64,000 bases of DNA from an uncultured Desulfovibrionaceae bacterium. GTDB lineage: Bacteria; Desulfobacterota; Desulfovibrionia; Desulfovibrionales; Desulfovibrionaceae. The stretch is taken from the NCBI GenBank assembly GCA_942492085.1, contig CALODB010000007.1, positions 16,030 through 80,029 of the forward strand. Reading direction: 5' to 3'. Position 1 is the first letter of the stretch, and the number at the start of each line of letters is the position of its first letter. The notes beneath the pieces are model-generated. The model ran no database searches and was not told the origin of the DNA. It saw only the letters and a list, made by a program, of their open reading frames with translations. Shown piece after piece: positions 36,336 to 46,230 of this stretch. The translations under genes were made by a program, and so were the position numbers.

Positions 36336-36830
36336 ATGTCCAAGACTCTTGAAAATCTCATGGCTGCTTTTGCTGGCGAATCTCAGGCTAACCGTAAATA
36401 CCTTGCTTACGCTAAAAAAGCAGAAAAAGAAGGTCATCCTCAGGTTGCAAAACTCTTCCGTGCTGCTGCTGATGCTGAAACCATCCACGCACATGCACAC
36501 CTTCGTAACGCTGGCAAAATCGGTGACACCATTGCTAACCTTAAAGACGCAATTGCTGGTGAAACTCACGAGTTTGAAAGCATGTACCCTGCAATGATCA
36601 AAGACGCTGAAGCAGAAGGCGAAAAAGTTGCAGCACGTTACTTCGGCTTTGCAAACAAAGCAGAAGCAATTCATGCTGGCCTCTACACAAAAGCTCTTGA
36701 GAACATTGAGAACCCAGTAGATGTAGATTACTACAACTGTTCCGTTTGTGGTCACACCCATGAAGGTCCAACTTCTGAAAAATGTCCAATTTGTGGTGCT
36801 GCAGCTTCTGCGTACAACAAAGTAGACTAA
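36336..36830 (+). CDS. rbr: Rubrerythrin (second paralog)
   Basis: N-terminal 60 aa are almost identical to copy 1 (MSKTLENLMAAFAGESQANRKYLAYAKKAEKEGHPQVAKLFRAAADAETIHAHAHLRNAGKIG). Same C-terminal CxxC...CxxC. Confidence 0.92.
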   Translation: MSKTLENLMAAFAGESQANRKYLAYAKKAEKEGHPQVAKLFRAAADAETIHAHAHLRNAGKIGDTIANLKDAIAGETHEFESMYPAMIKDAEAEGEKVAARYFGFANKAEAIHAGLYTKALENIENPVDVDYYNCSVCGHTHEGPTSEKCPICGAAASAYNKVD

Positions 36831-36913
36831 TATAGATATCAATACCGGATTCTTTTCCGGTACCAGTAGAAAGAGTCACTGCCAATGGCACCTCTTCCTA
36901 AACTGAGCGCAAG

Positions 36914-36947
36914 CCCCTCTTTATCAACGTGATAGAGAGGGGTTTTT
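36914..36947 (+). terminator. Rho-independent terminator of rbr copy 2
   Basis: CCCCTCTTTATC / GATAGAGAGGGG (one mismatch), followed by T5. Confidence 0.7.
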
Positions 36948-37344
36948 CTATGAAAAAGTTCACCATAACGTAAGCCTTTCATCATTCCATACATATGCAC
37001 TCAAGTTTCTTGCGAGTGAACATGCTTTACTCTATTATTCCGCAAAATCTTCATACGTAGTACCATTACTACAAGCCAAGAATACAGAACATGGACAACG
37101 CCCTCCCACTACAGGCATAATAACTTTGTGCAGCACACATGTACGGGCACCAATACTTCAACGGGCATCTGTAAACATGTTTTACGTAGCGCCAGTCAAC
37201 CACAGGCCAGTTTCCCAAAACATAGGAAACCAAAACCTTAGGGGATGCCGCAATAAGCAGAAGTATTTATACTGCATGCGGCACCTATTCTTGGTACACC
37301 AGTAGTGTTTCCCTCAACCCAGCTTGATATAAAAGGAAGTTCTT

Positions 37345-39186
37345 TTGCGATACAGAAATACACAGCAGCTTATTGCTGATCTGGAACAAAGTGGGCAGCT
37401 CATCCGCATCCATGACGAAGTTGACCCGCATCTGCAAGTGGCTGAAATTCAGCGCCGTGCTTTTCGTGCAAAGGCACCTGCAATCATGTTCACCAACGTA
37501 AAAGGCACCAAATTTCCCATGGTGTGCAACATCTTCGGCACCATGGAACGCACCCGTTGGATCTTCCGCGACACATTGCGCGCACTGGAAGGCATATTCA
37601 AGCTGAAGGTTGATCCGTTCGATTTCTTCAAGCACCCGTGGAAGTATGCCGGCGTTCCACGCGCTGGGTACTCCACCATACCTAAAAAGGTAAAAACAGG
37701 GCCTGTACTGGACAACACTACCACTGTAAGCCAACTCCCGCAGTTGCATTCATGGCCTATGGATGGTGGCGGCTACGTTACTCTGCCACAGGTATATACA
37801 GAAAGTCCGGACAAGCCCGGTTTCATGAATTCAAACATCGGCATGTACCGTGTGCAGCTTACTGGTGCCCCGTTTGAAAAAGATAAAGAAATTGGTCTAC
37901 ACTACCAGATTCATCGCGGAATTGGCTATCATCATGCAGAAGCAATCCGTCGTAATGAACCACTCAAAGTAAACGTATTTGTAGGTGGCCCTCCTGCCAT
38001 GACAATGGCAGCAATTATGCCGCTCCCTGAAGGCATTGCAGAACTTATTTTTGCCGGTGCCCTCGGCGGGTTCCGTATGCCTATGATCAGCCGCGAAGGT
38101 CAGCTTCCAATCCTTGCTGAAGCAGATTTCTGCATCAGCGGAACAGTATATCCAAACGAACAGAAGCCTGAAGGACCATTCGGTGACCATCTGGGCTATT
38201 ACAGCCTTGCGCACGACTTCCCCCTCATGCGTGTAGACAACGTCTACCACCGTAACGACGCTGTATGGCCATTCACCACTGTCGGACGTCCTCCACAGGA
38301 AGACACAGTATTCGGTGAATTTATTCATGACCTAACCGCAGACCTCGTACCTACAGTTTTCAACGGGGTGCACGAAGTTCACGCTGTTGATCAGGCCGGA
38401 GTACATCCACTTCTTCTTGCCATTGGTAGCGAAAGATATGTCCCATATGCGGAAGAACGCCAGCCGCAGGAACTCATCACCTGTGGTCTGTCACTACTCG
38501 GCACAACACAGACTTCACTCTCAAAATACGTAATCCTTGCAGCAAAAGAAGATAATCAGGGACTTACCACACACAACTACAAAGAGTTTTTCACGCACAT
38601 GCTTGAGCGTACCGACTTTGCACGTGACTTCCATTTCATAACACGCACGACAATTGATACACTCGACTATACAGGGATCAGCCTTAACCAAGGCTCCAAA
38701 CTTATCTGGACAGCTTGTGGACCGGTAAAACGCACTCTTGGTTCAAGCATTCCATCTCACTTCACGCTGCCGGAAGGTTTCAGTGACGCGAAAATGTTCA
38801 TGTCAGGTGTGGTCGTTGTTAAAGGACCTAAACATACCGCGGCACGTGACGAGCACGACGACGCAATGTTCCGTCTTGCAGAGCATCTGAAAAGCATCGG
38901 AAAGCTCGAGTCATTCCCGCTTGTCGTGGTGGCAGATGATGCAGACTTTACTGCTGCCAACTGGGACAACTTCCTTTGGGTAACATTCACCCGTTCAGAC
39001 CCTGCCACAGATATGTATGGTGCTGGGTCATTCACCCACTGCAAACACTGGGGCTGTTCAGGACCTGTTGTTATTGATGCCAGACTCAAATCATTCCATG
39101 CTCCGGCACTGGAAGAAGATCCGGATATCACAAAATCCGTCGATCAAATGGCTGCCAAAGGTGGCAGCCTGCATAATATCATTTAG
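37345..39186 (+). CDS. UbiD-family (prenylated-FMN dependent) decarboxylase
   Basis: TTG start with an AAGGAAG RBS. The N-terminus RYRNTQQLIADLEQSGQLIRIHDEVDPHLQVAEIQRR matches the canonical UbiD opening. 613 aa. Confidence 0.85.
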   Translation: MRYRNTQQLIADLEQSGQLIRIHDEVDPHLQVAEIQRRAFRAKAPAIMFTNVKGTKFPMVCNIFGTMERTRWIFRDTLRALEGIFKLKVDPFDFFKHPWKYAGVPRAGYSTIPKKVKTGPVLDNTTTVSQLPQLHSWPMDGGGYVTLPQVYTESPDKPGFMNSNIGMYRVQLTGAPFEKDKEIGLHYQIHRGIGYHHAEAIRRNEPLKVNVFVGGPPAMTMAAIMPLPEGIAELIFAGALGGFRMPMISREGQLPILAEADFCISGTVYPNEQKPEGPFGDHLGYYSLAHDFPLMRVDNVYHRNDAVWPFTTVGRPPQEDTVFGEFIHDLTADLVPTVFNGVHEVHAVDQAGVHPLLLAIGSERYVPYAEERQPQELITCGLSLLGTTQTSLSKYVILAAKEDNQGLTTHNYKEFFTHMLERTDFARDFHFITRTTIDTLDYTGISLNQGSKLIWTACGPVKRTLGSSIPSHFTLPEGFSDAKMFMSGVVVVKGPKHTAARDEHDDAMFRLAEHLKSIGKLESFPLVVVADDADFTAANWDNFLWVTFTRSDPATDMYGAGSFTHCKHWGCSGPVVIDARLKSFHAPALEEDPDITKSVDQMAAKGGSLHNII

Positions 39187-39190
39187 ATAA

Positions 39191-39226
39191 AAAGTCTGCG
39201 GTGTTGCCATTCACCGCAGGCTTTTT
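39191..39226 (+). terminator. Rho-independent terminator
   Basis: GTCTGCGGTG / CACCGCAGGC hairpin followed by T6. Confidence 0.8.
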
Positions 39227-39372
39227 TGTATCTTCCTTCCCTTCAAGCAATTCCTTCTTTCCAAAAATTATACTTCCAGCTTCTCCTCAGTGTGGTAGTG
39301 GGTAAATTCATCCGTAATTTCATGCAATTGTACCGTGTGAGATATAACTAGTTTTGTGAAAAGGGAGTCAAC

Positions 39373-40860
39373 ATGGCTACATCCGGTTCTCGCAACACAC
39401 ATTCAAAAGCTACTGTTCGCAGTGATAAGTTGTTCAACACACCGGAACAACAATATGATTCCGCATCGACCCTTGCAGCCTACGTCAAAAAAATGCGCGA
39501 AGAAGGAGTTCCAGCTAAAGTCATTGAGCTGTTCACAAGCTATTTATCAGATATATCTGAACTCGCGACTGGGCATATTCCAGAAATGCACATCTCACCG
39601 ATAACACAATCACATCTCAAGCATGTTGACGTGCTGGATAAATATGAAGAGGCAGGAAAAGCCATTGCTCACGAAGCTGTTGCTATTAAACTGAATGGCG
39701 GACTGGGTACAAGCATGGGAATGCAGTTTGCTAAATCCCTGTTGCCTGTAAAAGATCATATGTCATTTCTGGACATAACAGTTAAACAAGCGATTGCATG
39801 GCAGGAACAGTACGGCGGTCCACTTCCGCTGGTCCTCATGAACAGCTACAGCACGCATACTGATACACTCAATGAATTACGGCATATGAGTGGATTATCT
39901 CAATTACCGCTCTGTTTTGTTCAGCATAAATTTCCTAAAATACGTCAAGACACTTTGATGCCCGCAGAGTACCCCGATAATCGTGAATACGAATGGAACC
40001 CTCCGGGGCACGGCGACATTTACGCATCGCTCTATCTTTCCGGTGTGCTGGAAACACTTATCCGTCAGGGACGTAAATACGCACTCGTGTCCAACATAGA
40101 CAACCTCGGCGCTACGTTAGACATGCGTATGTTAGGCTACATGGCTGAAGAACAAGTTCCTTTCCTTATGGAAGTTACCAAGCGTACCGAAAACGACAGC
40201 AAAGGCGGACACCTCGCAAAACATAATAACGGACACCTCATCTTGCGCGAAGTCAGTCAATGTCCTGAGTGCGATCTGGAACAATTTCAGGACATCACAC
40301 GCCATCGCCTTTTCAACACCAATAATATCTGGATTAACCTTATTGAGTTGAAAAATACCCTGCGTCAGTTCGGGCTTCCAAAGCTTCCACTTATTTTAAA
40401 TCCAAAAACAGTAAACCCGCATGACGCATCCTCTACTCCAGTTTATCAAATCGAAAGTGCCATGGGTGCAGCAATTTCTCATTTTGTAAACGCACAGGCT
40501 ATCGTAACTACTCGTGACCGGTTTATACCAGTTAAACGCACTGACGATCTGCTCAAGGTCATGTCAGATTATTACCAGCTCGACCCCTCCGGCACACTCA
40601 AATTAAATGAAGCAAACATCACGCAAAATCTTCAGGTACAACTAGACCCTCGATACTACAGTAACTTCGACAATATCTACGAAAAGTTCAAAGAAGGCGT
40701 GCCGTCTCTTGCCTCATGCACTAAGCTTGGTATCTTCGGCGATATTATCTTCAATCCTACCATATCACTTATAGGCGACGTCAACATAGACAACCAGACT
40801 GGCAATGTACTGCTGATGCCGGAAGATATTACGTTACAGGGGACGGTCGATATCAAATAG
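39373..40860 (+). CDS. UTP--glucose-1-phosphate uridylyltransferase of the eukaryotic UGPase (UDPGP) type
   Basis: KLNGGLGTSMG, PLVLMNSYSTHTDT, and WNPPGHGDIYASLYLSGVLETLIRQGRKYALVSNIDNLGATLD closely track conserved segments of eukaryotic UGP as I recall them. It does not resemble bacterial GalU. Confidence 0.88.
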   Translation: MATSGSRNTHSKATVRSDKLFNTPEQQYDSASTLAAYVKKMREEGVPAKVIELFTSYLSDISELATGHIPEMHISPITQSHLKHVDVLDKYEEAGKAIAHEAVAIKLNGGLGTSMGMQFAKSLLPVKDHMSFLDITVKQAIAWQEQYGGPLPLVLMNSYSTHTDTLNELRHMSGLSQLPLCFVQHKFPKIRQDTLMPAEYPDNREYEWNPPGHGDIYASLYLSGVLETLIRQGRKYALVSNIDNLGATLDMRMLGYMAEEQVPFLMEVTKRTENDSKGGHLAKHNNGHLILREVSQCPECDLEQFQDITRHRLFNTNNIWINLIELKNTLRQFGLPKLPLILNPKTVNPHDASSTPVYQIESAMGAAISHFVNAQAIVTTRDRFIPVKRTDDLLKVMSDYYQLDPSGTLKLNEANITQNLQVQLDPRYYSNFDNIYEKFKEGVPSLASCTKLGIFGDIIFNPTISLIGDVNIDNQTGNVLLMPEDITLQGTVDIK

Positions 40861-40980
40861 CCATTCCAGATAGATAATTGCAACATCCTTAACTATGCCT
40901 TAGTGATATATTAATATTTTCATTTCGGACACGGTACACTCCGAAGATTTACCCCAGAGACACATGGGAGGTTCTTCTGT

Positions 40981-41403
40981 ATGCCGCAAGTAGCCGCTCG
41001 TATCACAAACGAACAGGAAAAATGGCTGAAAGACTACTTCCGCACAAAAAGTGCTGGAGCAGAATTCATCCTACCCTGGGTTGTGGATACCTTTTTCCGT
41101 GCAATCACGTCCATTAAGCACAGCTTTTCCGATAGTGAACTCGCGCTCATTATCGCTGCGCACAAAAATCTGCGAATTCAGCCGGAAAATTCCAGCGGAG
41201 ACTACTTGCGCCTGCGCGTCGAAGACGCTTGCAACACCAATCAGCTACATAACGTATACGGTATCAGCAGAGATACTCTGAAAGCAAAGCTCCGCCGACT
41301 CAACAACACCGATGCCGCAGCACTCATGGTATGGGCTGCCGCCTTCTGGGTAAGCAAAAACTGCTCTGCCGACAATGTTTCAGAGTATATCAAGCAATAT
41401 TAG
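40981..41403 (+). CDS. Hypothetical protein (140 aa), possible N-terminal ribbon-helix-helix
   Basis: ORF with its own terminator. The N-terminus VAARITNEQEKWLKDYF fits a beta-strand/helix RHH pattern only loosely. Confidence 0.45.
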   Translation: MPQVAARITNEQEKWLKDYFRTKSAGAEFILPWVVDTFFRAITSIKHSFSDSELALIIAAHKNLRIQPENSSGDYLRLRVEDACNTNQLHNVYGISRDTLKAKLRRLNNTDAAALMVWAAAFWVSKNCSADNVSEYIKQY

Positions 41404-41410
41404 GCACGAA

Positions 41411-41440
41411 AAAAGGTGACGCGATAAGCGCCACCTTTTC
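41411..41440 (+). terminator. Rho-independent terminator
   Basis: AAAGGTGACGC / GCGCCACCTTT hairpin (one mismatch), followed by TTC. Confidence 0.6.
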
Positions 41441-41463
41441 TAGTTAGGTATGTTTTCCTTATT

Positions 41464-41516
41464 GCCTTCGGCGAGGGGGCTCTGCCCTCCACCCGCAAGA
41501 GGGACGCCCTCTTTAC
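41464..41516. repeat. GC-rich twin-hairpin intergenic element (REP-like)
   Basis: GAGGG-N7-CCCTC (41473-41489) and AAGAGGG-ACG-CCCTCTT (41497-41513) in an otherwise AT-rich spacer between convergent genes. Only one copy in this window. Confidence 0.35.
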
Positions 41517-41624
41517 TGCGGTTATGGCTAATTCTTTTTTAGTGGATACGCATAATCTTTCAAGCAGTTAAAAATCCGTATTATCGTCAACAGTTAAAGT
41601 TACGTTGAAAGACTGACTTTAAAC

Positions 41625-44204
41625 TTACTCTTTGGGCTTAAACCACCGCAAACGGAGTGCGTTTGAAACAACCGAAACAGAACTTAGCGCCATAGCACCG
41701 CCAGCAATCATTGGAGATAATGTCGGACCATTAAACAACGCGTACAAAAGCCCCATTGCAACAGGAATACCCAGCGTGTTGTAACCGAATGCCCACACTA
41801 GGTTCTGCTTAATATTCTTCACGGCTGCGCGGCTTAGTTCAACAGCTGTGATCACACCGTTTAATTCACCGGACATAAGCACCACATCGCCTGCCTCAAC
41901 AGCCACGTCAATTCCTGTTCCCATTGCAATCCCCACATCAGCAGTAGCTAACGCAGGTGCATCGTTAATACCGTCACCAACCATAGCAACGAGCTTTCCT
42001 TCCTTCTGAAGATCAATAATCGTATCACTTTTATCTTCCGGATGAACTTCGGAAATAACAGTATCAATGCCCGCCTGCTTTGCCATTGCAGCTGCTGTGA
42101 TGCTGTTATCACCTGTAAGCATAACAACGGAAACACCGCGAGCCTTCAGTCGAGAAACAACAGAAGCGGCCTCCGGCTTAATAGTATCTGCTACAGCAAC
42201 GAGTAACGCAGGTTTGTCATCAACGGCCATGACAAGAGCTGTACGGCCTTGTAATGCCTGCTTCCTCATCCGCTCCATAACCTCCGCATTCTGATCAACT
42301 CCAGCATACGCGGCATTACCAATACGAATGGCTTTACCATCCACCGTACCATAAATACCTTTACCGGATTCAGCGGTCACATTCTGCGTTTCGAGAAATT
42401 CTACTCCACGCTCTTTTGCACCTTTCACAACAGCAGTTGCCAGTGGATGCTCTGAAAGACTTTCAAGGGATGCAGCATATGACAGCGCAGTATTTTTATC
42501 GATACCAGCCAATGATTCCACATGAACAAGCTCGGGCTTACCATGCGTAATTGTGCCTGTCTTATCGAAAACAACAGTCTGAATGCGTCCTGTCTGTTCC
42601 AGTGCAGTACCGTTTTTAAACAACACACCGAGCTGTGCGCCGCGTCCTGTAGCAACCATAATTGATGTCGGTGTTGCAAGCCCCATGGCACACGGGCAAG
42701 CTATAACCATTACTGCAACAAAGATTCGTAACGCAAACGGAAAAGATGCTCCGGCGATAAGCCACGCCAAGCCTGAGAGTAGCGCAATGACCATAACAAT
42801 CGGTACAAAATACAAACTTACCGTATCTGCCATGGAAGCAATTGGGGCTTTTGACCCCTGAGCATCCTGCACGACACGAATAATTCTAGAAAGAACAGTA
42901 TCTGCACCAACATGCTCTGCTTTCATTGTAAGAACGCTATGGGTGTTTACAGTACCACCAGCTAGAGAGTCTCCAACTGTTTTTGAAACAGGCAAGGATT
43001 CACCCGTCAGCATGGATTCGTCCACACTTGAGGAGCCCTCAATAATACTACCGTCAACCGGAATACGTTCACCCGGACGAATAAGTAAAATGTCACCTGC
43101 AACAACTTCAGTCGCAGGCACTGCTTGCTGCTCTCCACCTACAATACGGATAGCGGTATCAGGCGTTAAATCCATCAGCCCTTTAATGGCATCTGACGTG
43201 TGTGAGCGGGATCGTGTTTCAAGGAATTTACCCAGCGAAACAAGGGCAATCAGCACACCGGCTGCCTCAAAATATAAATCCATGACACGGGCCATTACAT
43301 CAATACCAATATAAATTTCTATAGTTCCCCAGAGGCTGTAGGCAAACGCAGCACCTGTTCCCACAGCAATGAGCGAATCCATATTGGGAGCGCCCCTGAA
43401 GAGATTTTTGAAGCCTTGTATATAGAAATCACGCCCTGACCACATGATAGGGATAACCAAAATCAATTGGACAAGAGAAAAAGTTCTTGGTGAAGAGTGA
43501 GGAGCCAACCACTCAGGCAACCTGATTCCTGCCATCTCAGTCATAGCAATAATCAACAAAAGGGAAGCGAAGATAATTTCAGGAATAAGTTTTGCTTTCA
43601 TTTCAGCGAGGCGTTCCCGCATGGATTCCTGTTGATCTTCCCACATAGCGGTTACGTCTTGCGCACCACCGTCTTCGGCTTCCTGTAATGTTGCGCCAAA
43701 GCCTAGCATGGCGACTTTCTCTGAGAATGCTGCTACTGCGGAATCCTTATCAACATCAGCTGCAGGGGTTACTCTGGCTGACTCTGTTGCGAGGTTCACT
43801 TCAACAGTCGCAAATTCCGGCATCTGTGCTGTAACTTTCTCTATACGTGCAGAACATGCGGCACAATGCATTCCTGAAATTGAAAAGCGCAGCGTTTCAC
43901 CGTTATCAGAGCTTACTGCCGGTGCCACAGCTTCGTACCCTATATCAGTAACCTTTTGTACTATGCCAGCAACGTTGACCTTCGAAGGATCAAACTCTAC
44001 CTGCATAGAGTCGGTGGCCAAGTTTACGGCAATAGTGGTAACTCCCTGCACTTCTGAAACCCCCTTTTCTATTCGGGCAGCACAAGAAGCGCACGTCATA
44101 CCTTTTACAGGCATGATGACTTTACGAAGCACCTTTGGATCAATTGACTCGATATGGTTATCAGTCATAACAAACCCCATTTTTTCTGACAGATACTGCA
44201 ACAT
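41625..44204 (-). CDS. copA: Copper-translocating P1B-type ATPase with two N-terminal HMA domains
   Basis: [14 protein letters not shown] and [14 protein letters not shown] metal-binding domains, the CPC transmembrane motif ([11 protein letters not shown]), DKTGTIT phosphorylation site, GDGINDAP. The start may be an internal ATG (44180 or 44168). Confidence 0.92.
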   Translation of the reverse strand: MLQYLSEKMGFVMTDNHIESIDPKVLRKVIMPVKGMTCASCAARIEKGVSEVQGVTTIAVNLATDSMQVEFDPSKVNVAGIVQKVTDIGYEAVAPAVSSDNGETLRFSISGMHCAACSARIEKVTAQMPEFATVEVNLATESARVTPAADVDKDSAVAAFSEKVAMLGFGATLQEAEDGGAQDVTAMWEDQQESMRERLAEMKAKLIPEIIFASLLLIIAMTEMAGIRLPEWLAPHSSPRTFSLVQLILVIPIMWSGRDFYIQGFKNLFRGAPNMDSLIAVGTGAAFAYSLWGTIEIYIGIDVMARVMDLYFEAAGVLIALVSLGKFLETRSRSHTSDAIKGLMDLTPDTAIRIVGGEQQAVPATEVVAGDILLIRPGERIPVDGSIIEGSSSVDESMLTGESLPVSKTVGDSLAGGTVNTHSVLTMKAEHVGADTVLSRIIRVVQDAQGSKAPIASMADTVSLYFVPIVMVIALLSGLAWLIAGASFPFALRIFVAVMVIACPCAMGLATPTSIMVATGRGAQLGVLFKNGTALEQTGRIQTVVFDKTGTITHGKPELVHVESLAGIDKNTALSYAASLESLSEHPLATAVVKGAKERGVEFLETQNVTAESGKGIYGTVDGKAIRIGNAAYAGVDQNAEVMERMRKQALQGRTALVMAVDDKPALLVAVADTIKPEAASVVSRLKARGVSVVMLTGDNSITAAAMAKQAGIDTVISEVHPEDKSDTIIDLQKEGKLVAMVGDGINDAPALATADVGIAMGTGIDVAVEAGDVVLMSGELNGVITAVELSRAAVKNIKQNLVWAFGYNTLGIPVAMGLLYALFNGPTLSPMIAGGAMALSSVSVVSNALRLRWFKPKE

Positions 44205-44322
44205 TATTCAGTCTCTGAACAAAAACAGCTTGAATAGTTGAGCGATACTAAATGATTCGGTATGCTACGCTTGAGATTGAGTGAATACAATTCTTTTTAA
44301 ACAGTTGCATGAGGATTACATA

Positions 44323-44523
44323 ATGCCAGCAATTACTGTTACCGGAATGTCCTGCCAGCACTGCGTCGGCGCAGTTACCATAGCTCTTGAAGCTATTGAT
44401 GGAATTTCCGATGTTACCATTGATTTGCTTTCTGGAAAAGTTGAATGGAAAGAATCTACCCCAGTTCCAATGGAAACTATCGAAGATGCTATTACTGGAA
44501 TCGGGTTTGAAATTAAAAAATAG
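44323..44523 (+). CDS. copZ: CopZ-like heavy-metal-associated (HMA) copper chaperone
   Basis: GAGGA RBS before the ATG at 44323. 66 aa with GMSCQHC and a ferredoxin-like fold pattern. Divergent from copA. Confidence 0.85.
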   Translation: MPAITVTGMSCQHCVGAVTIALEAIDGISDVTIDLLSGKVEWKESTPVPMETIEDAITGIGFEIKK

Positions 44524-44540
44524 CTGAAACACCCAGCAAT

Positions 44541-44578
44541 AAAAAAAAGAGCCGGAATAATCTGGCTCTTTTTTTTTA
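44541..44578. terminator. Bidirectional terminator
   Basis: AGAGCCGGA / TCTGGCTCT hairpin flanked by A8 and T9 runs. Confidence 0.85.
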
Positions 44579-44630
44579 ACAAAACATTTTTTCTTGTTAG
44601 AATAATCAGGGAAAGTTCAGCGTACCTGCC

Positions 44631-45362
44631 CTATTTCATAAGTATAGATAATGTGCCGTTAGTCTGAGTTGCAGACCAGTTAGGCGGAAGGGTACCTTTT
44701 AAATCAAGAACAATACGAACTCGATCGTCATGCCGCCCAAGGCGAACAGTCTTAACCAGACTATCCTGTACAACCTTCGGGGCAGGTAACTCTTCACTAA
44801 AACGACCAATCACATCTACAACGAACCTATCCGGCTCTTTCAATCCAAAAATTTTGTATGTATATGTAGTTACAGCAAACACTGTAAGTTTGCTATCCGC
44901 ATAAGAAACAGAAACAAGAGGCTGAAGCTCTTCACTTTTTTTCTCAGCACTCACACTTTCAGGCGACGTAACATTTTTTTGCTGTGGAAATTTTTTTCCG
45001 ACGTCCGGTTCAACCTCTGCTACAGTCACCGTTTTGGTCACAAGCGTAAGAATTTTTGCTGTATCTGTCTTCGGGGAGTTAACGGATGTTACTTTCGATG
45101 TAGAAACTGGGTCACCTTTAACAATGGATGATGTTCTGCTACTCACATCAGAAACGGTTGCTGCAAGAGTATCCGACGTGCTTTTGTCGATAACTACTTC
45201 TTGTAATGCCTTACTTTCCTGCGCGCCAACATTCACTATCAGTTGAGAGGACGCCTCACTGGCAATGGTGTACGCATCTCTCATTATCCATTTATTATAG
45301 CCAATAAGAACAGTCCCGACCACAAGTGCCAATAAAATCAACATCGAAATATTGCGGTTCAT
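44631..45362 (-). CDS. Membrane-anchored protein with S/T-rich linker and C-terminal AMIN domain
   Basis: N-terminal TM (ISMLILLALVVGTVLIG), then a low-complexity S/T/V-rich region. The C-terminal roughly 100 aa (DRFVVDVIG...VRLGRHDDRVRIVLDLKG) fit the AMIN pattern. Confidence 0.55.
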   Translation of the reverse strand: MNRNISMLILLALVVGTVLIGYNKWIMRDAYTIASEASSQLIVNVGAQESKALQEVVIDKSTSDTLAATVSDVSSRTSSIVKGDPVSTSKVTSVNSPKTDTAKILTLVTKTVTVAEVEPDVGKKFPQQKNVTSPESVSAEKKSEELQPLVSVSYADSKLTVFAVTTYTYKIFGLKEPDRFVVDVIGRFSEELPAPKVVQDSLVKTVRLGRHDDRVRIVLDLKGTLPPNWSATQTNGTLSILMK

Positions 45363-45389
45363 GCATCCTCCCCTCAGCGGTTACATCAT

Positions 45390-46193
45390 CTACTTTGCTG
45401 CTCGTCCCTCACTGCGTACATACTCAAGAAAGCGCTGTGCAGATTTCAAGTTTTCATTCAGTGCAATCGCACGGTTCAAGTATCGAATGGTATTACCATA
45501 ATCACCCATATCATAATATACTCGGGCGACGTTGAATAACGCATGATCATCATTTGGGCTAAGTTCAACAACACGAAGCTGATGCTTCAATGCTGCGGCA
45601 GGCAACTTCTGTTTGCGCAAGTCTGAACCGAATTCAGCAAAAACGTGTTTATGCTCCGGCAAAACTCCATCTTTTGAATCTGCTAATTTTGTAAGTAACT
45701 TTAATGCATTACGCCTGTCACCATTTTCAAGAGCAACTAGCGCTTCTTCAAAGTTTGCCTTCAAATTTTTTGCTACATTTTCCGGCGTTTTTTGTTCACG
45801 GGCAAAAGCTTCAGCCTCTTCACGGGCGATATCAAGAGCTTTTGAAGAAGAAACAAGCTCCGGAGTAACATCTGCACCATGCTTATCTTTAAGAACAAAC
45901 AGATACGGCTCATCCGGCAAAGAACGTGCTTCATGCTCCACGAGATGCGCATGTGCAAGCACTTGCGGCTGCAACAGAACATCCGGTTCTTTAAAAAACC
46001 TGTGAATAAAGTCTTCAACCTTAAGGCGATACTGCTTTCCAGCAACAGTTCGCTGCGCAGATAATGCTTGGATCATTACAGTATCATTATCTGTAAACCA
46101 AACAAGCCAGTAGCGTTTTTCCTGTTCTGTTAACGCAGTCCCCTGCTCAGATTCAAGTGTGGAATACACACCTTTATATTCTAATTGCAACAC
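45390..46193 (-). CDS. TPR-repeat protein, paralog A
   Basis: The C-terminal TPR region LKHQLRVVELSPNDDHALFNVARVYYDMGDYGNTIRYLNRAIALNENL is shared with the next gene. Confidence 0.7.
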   Translation of the reverse strand: MLQLEYKGVYSTLESEQGTALTEQEKRYWLVWFTDNDTVMIQALSAQRTVAGKQYRLKVEDFIHRFFKEPDVLLQPQVLAHAHLVEHEARSLPDEPYLFVLKDKHGADVTPELVSSSKALDIAREEAEAFAREQKTPENVAKNLKANFEEALVALENGDRRNALKLLTKLADSKDGVLPEHKHVFAEFGSDLRKQKLPAAALKHQLRVVELSPNDDHALFNVARVYYDMGDYGNTIRYLNRAIALNENLKSAQRFLEYVRSEGRAAK

Positions 46194-46230
46194 AACGTAC
46201 TTCCTAATGACGTTCGAATTACTGTGGATA

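Noticed and set aside
44205-44322. Search for a CsoR/CueR/CopY-type operator in the divergent copA-copZ intergenic region.
   Set aside because: I found only a weak dyad (ATAC-N11-GTAT, 44245-44263) inside a plausible TTGAGC-17-TATGCT promoter. There is no 19-20 bp MerR-type spacer, no TACANNTGTA box and no GC-rich CsoR-like palindrome, and no copper regulator gene lies in the window. This is too weak to report as a site.
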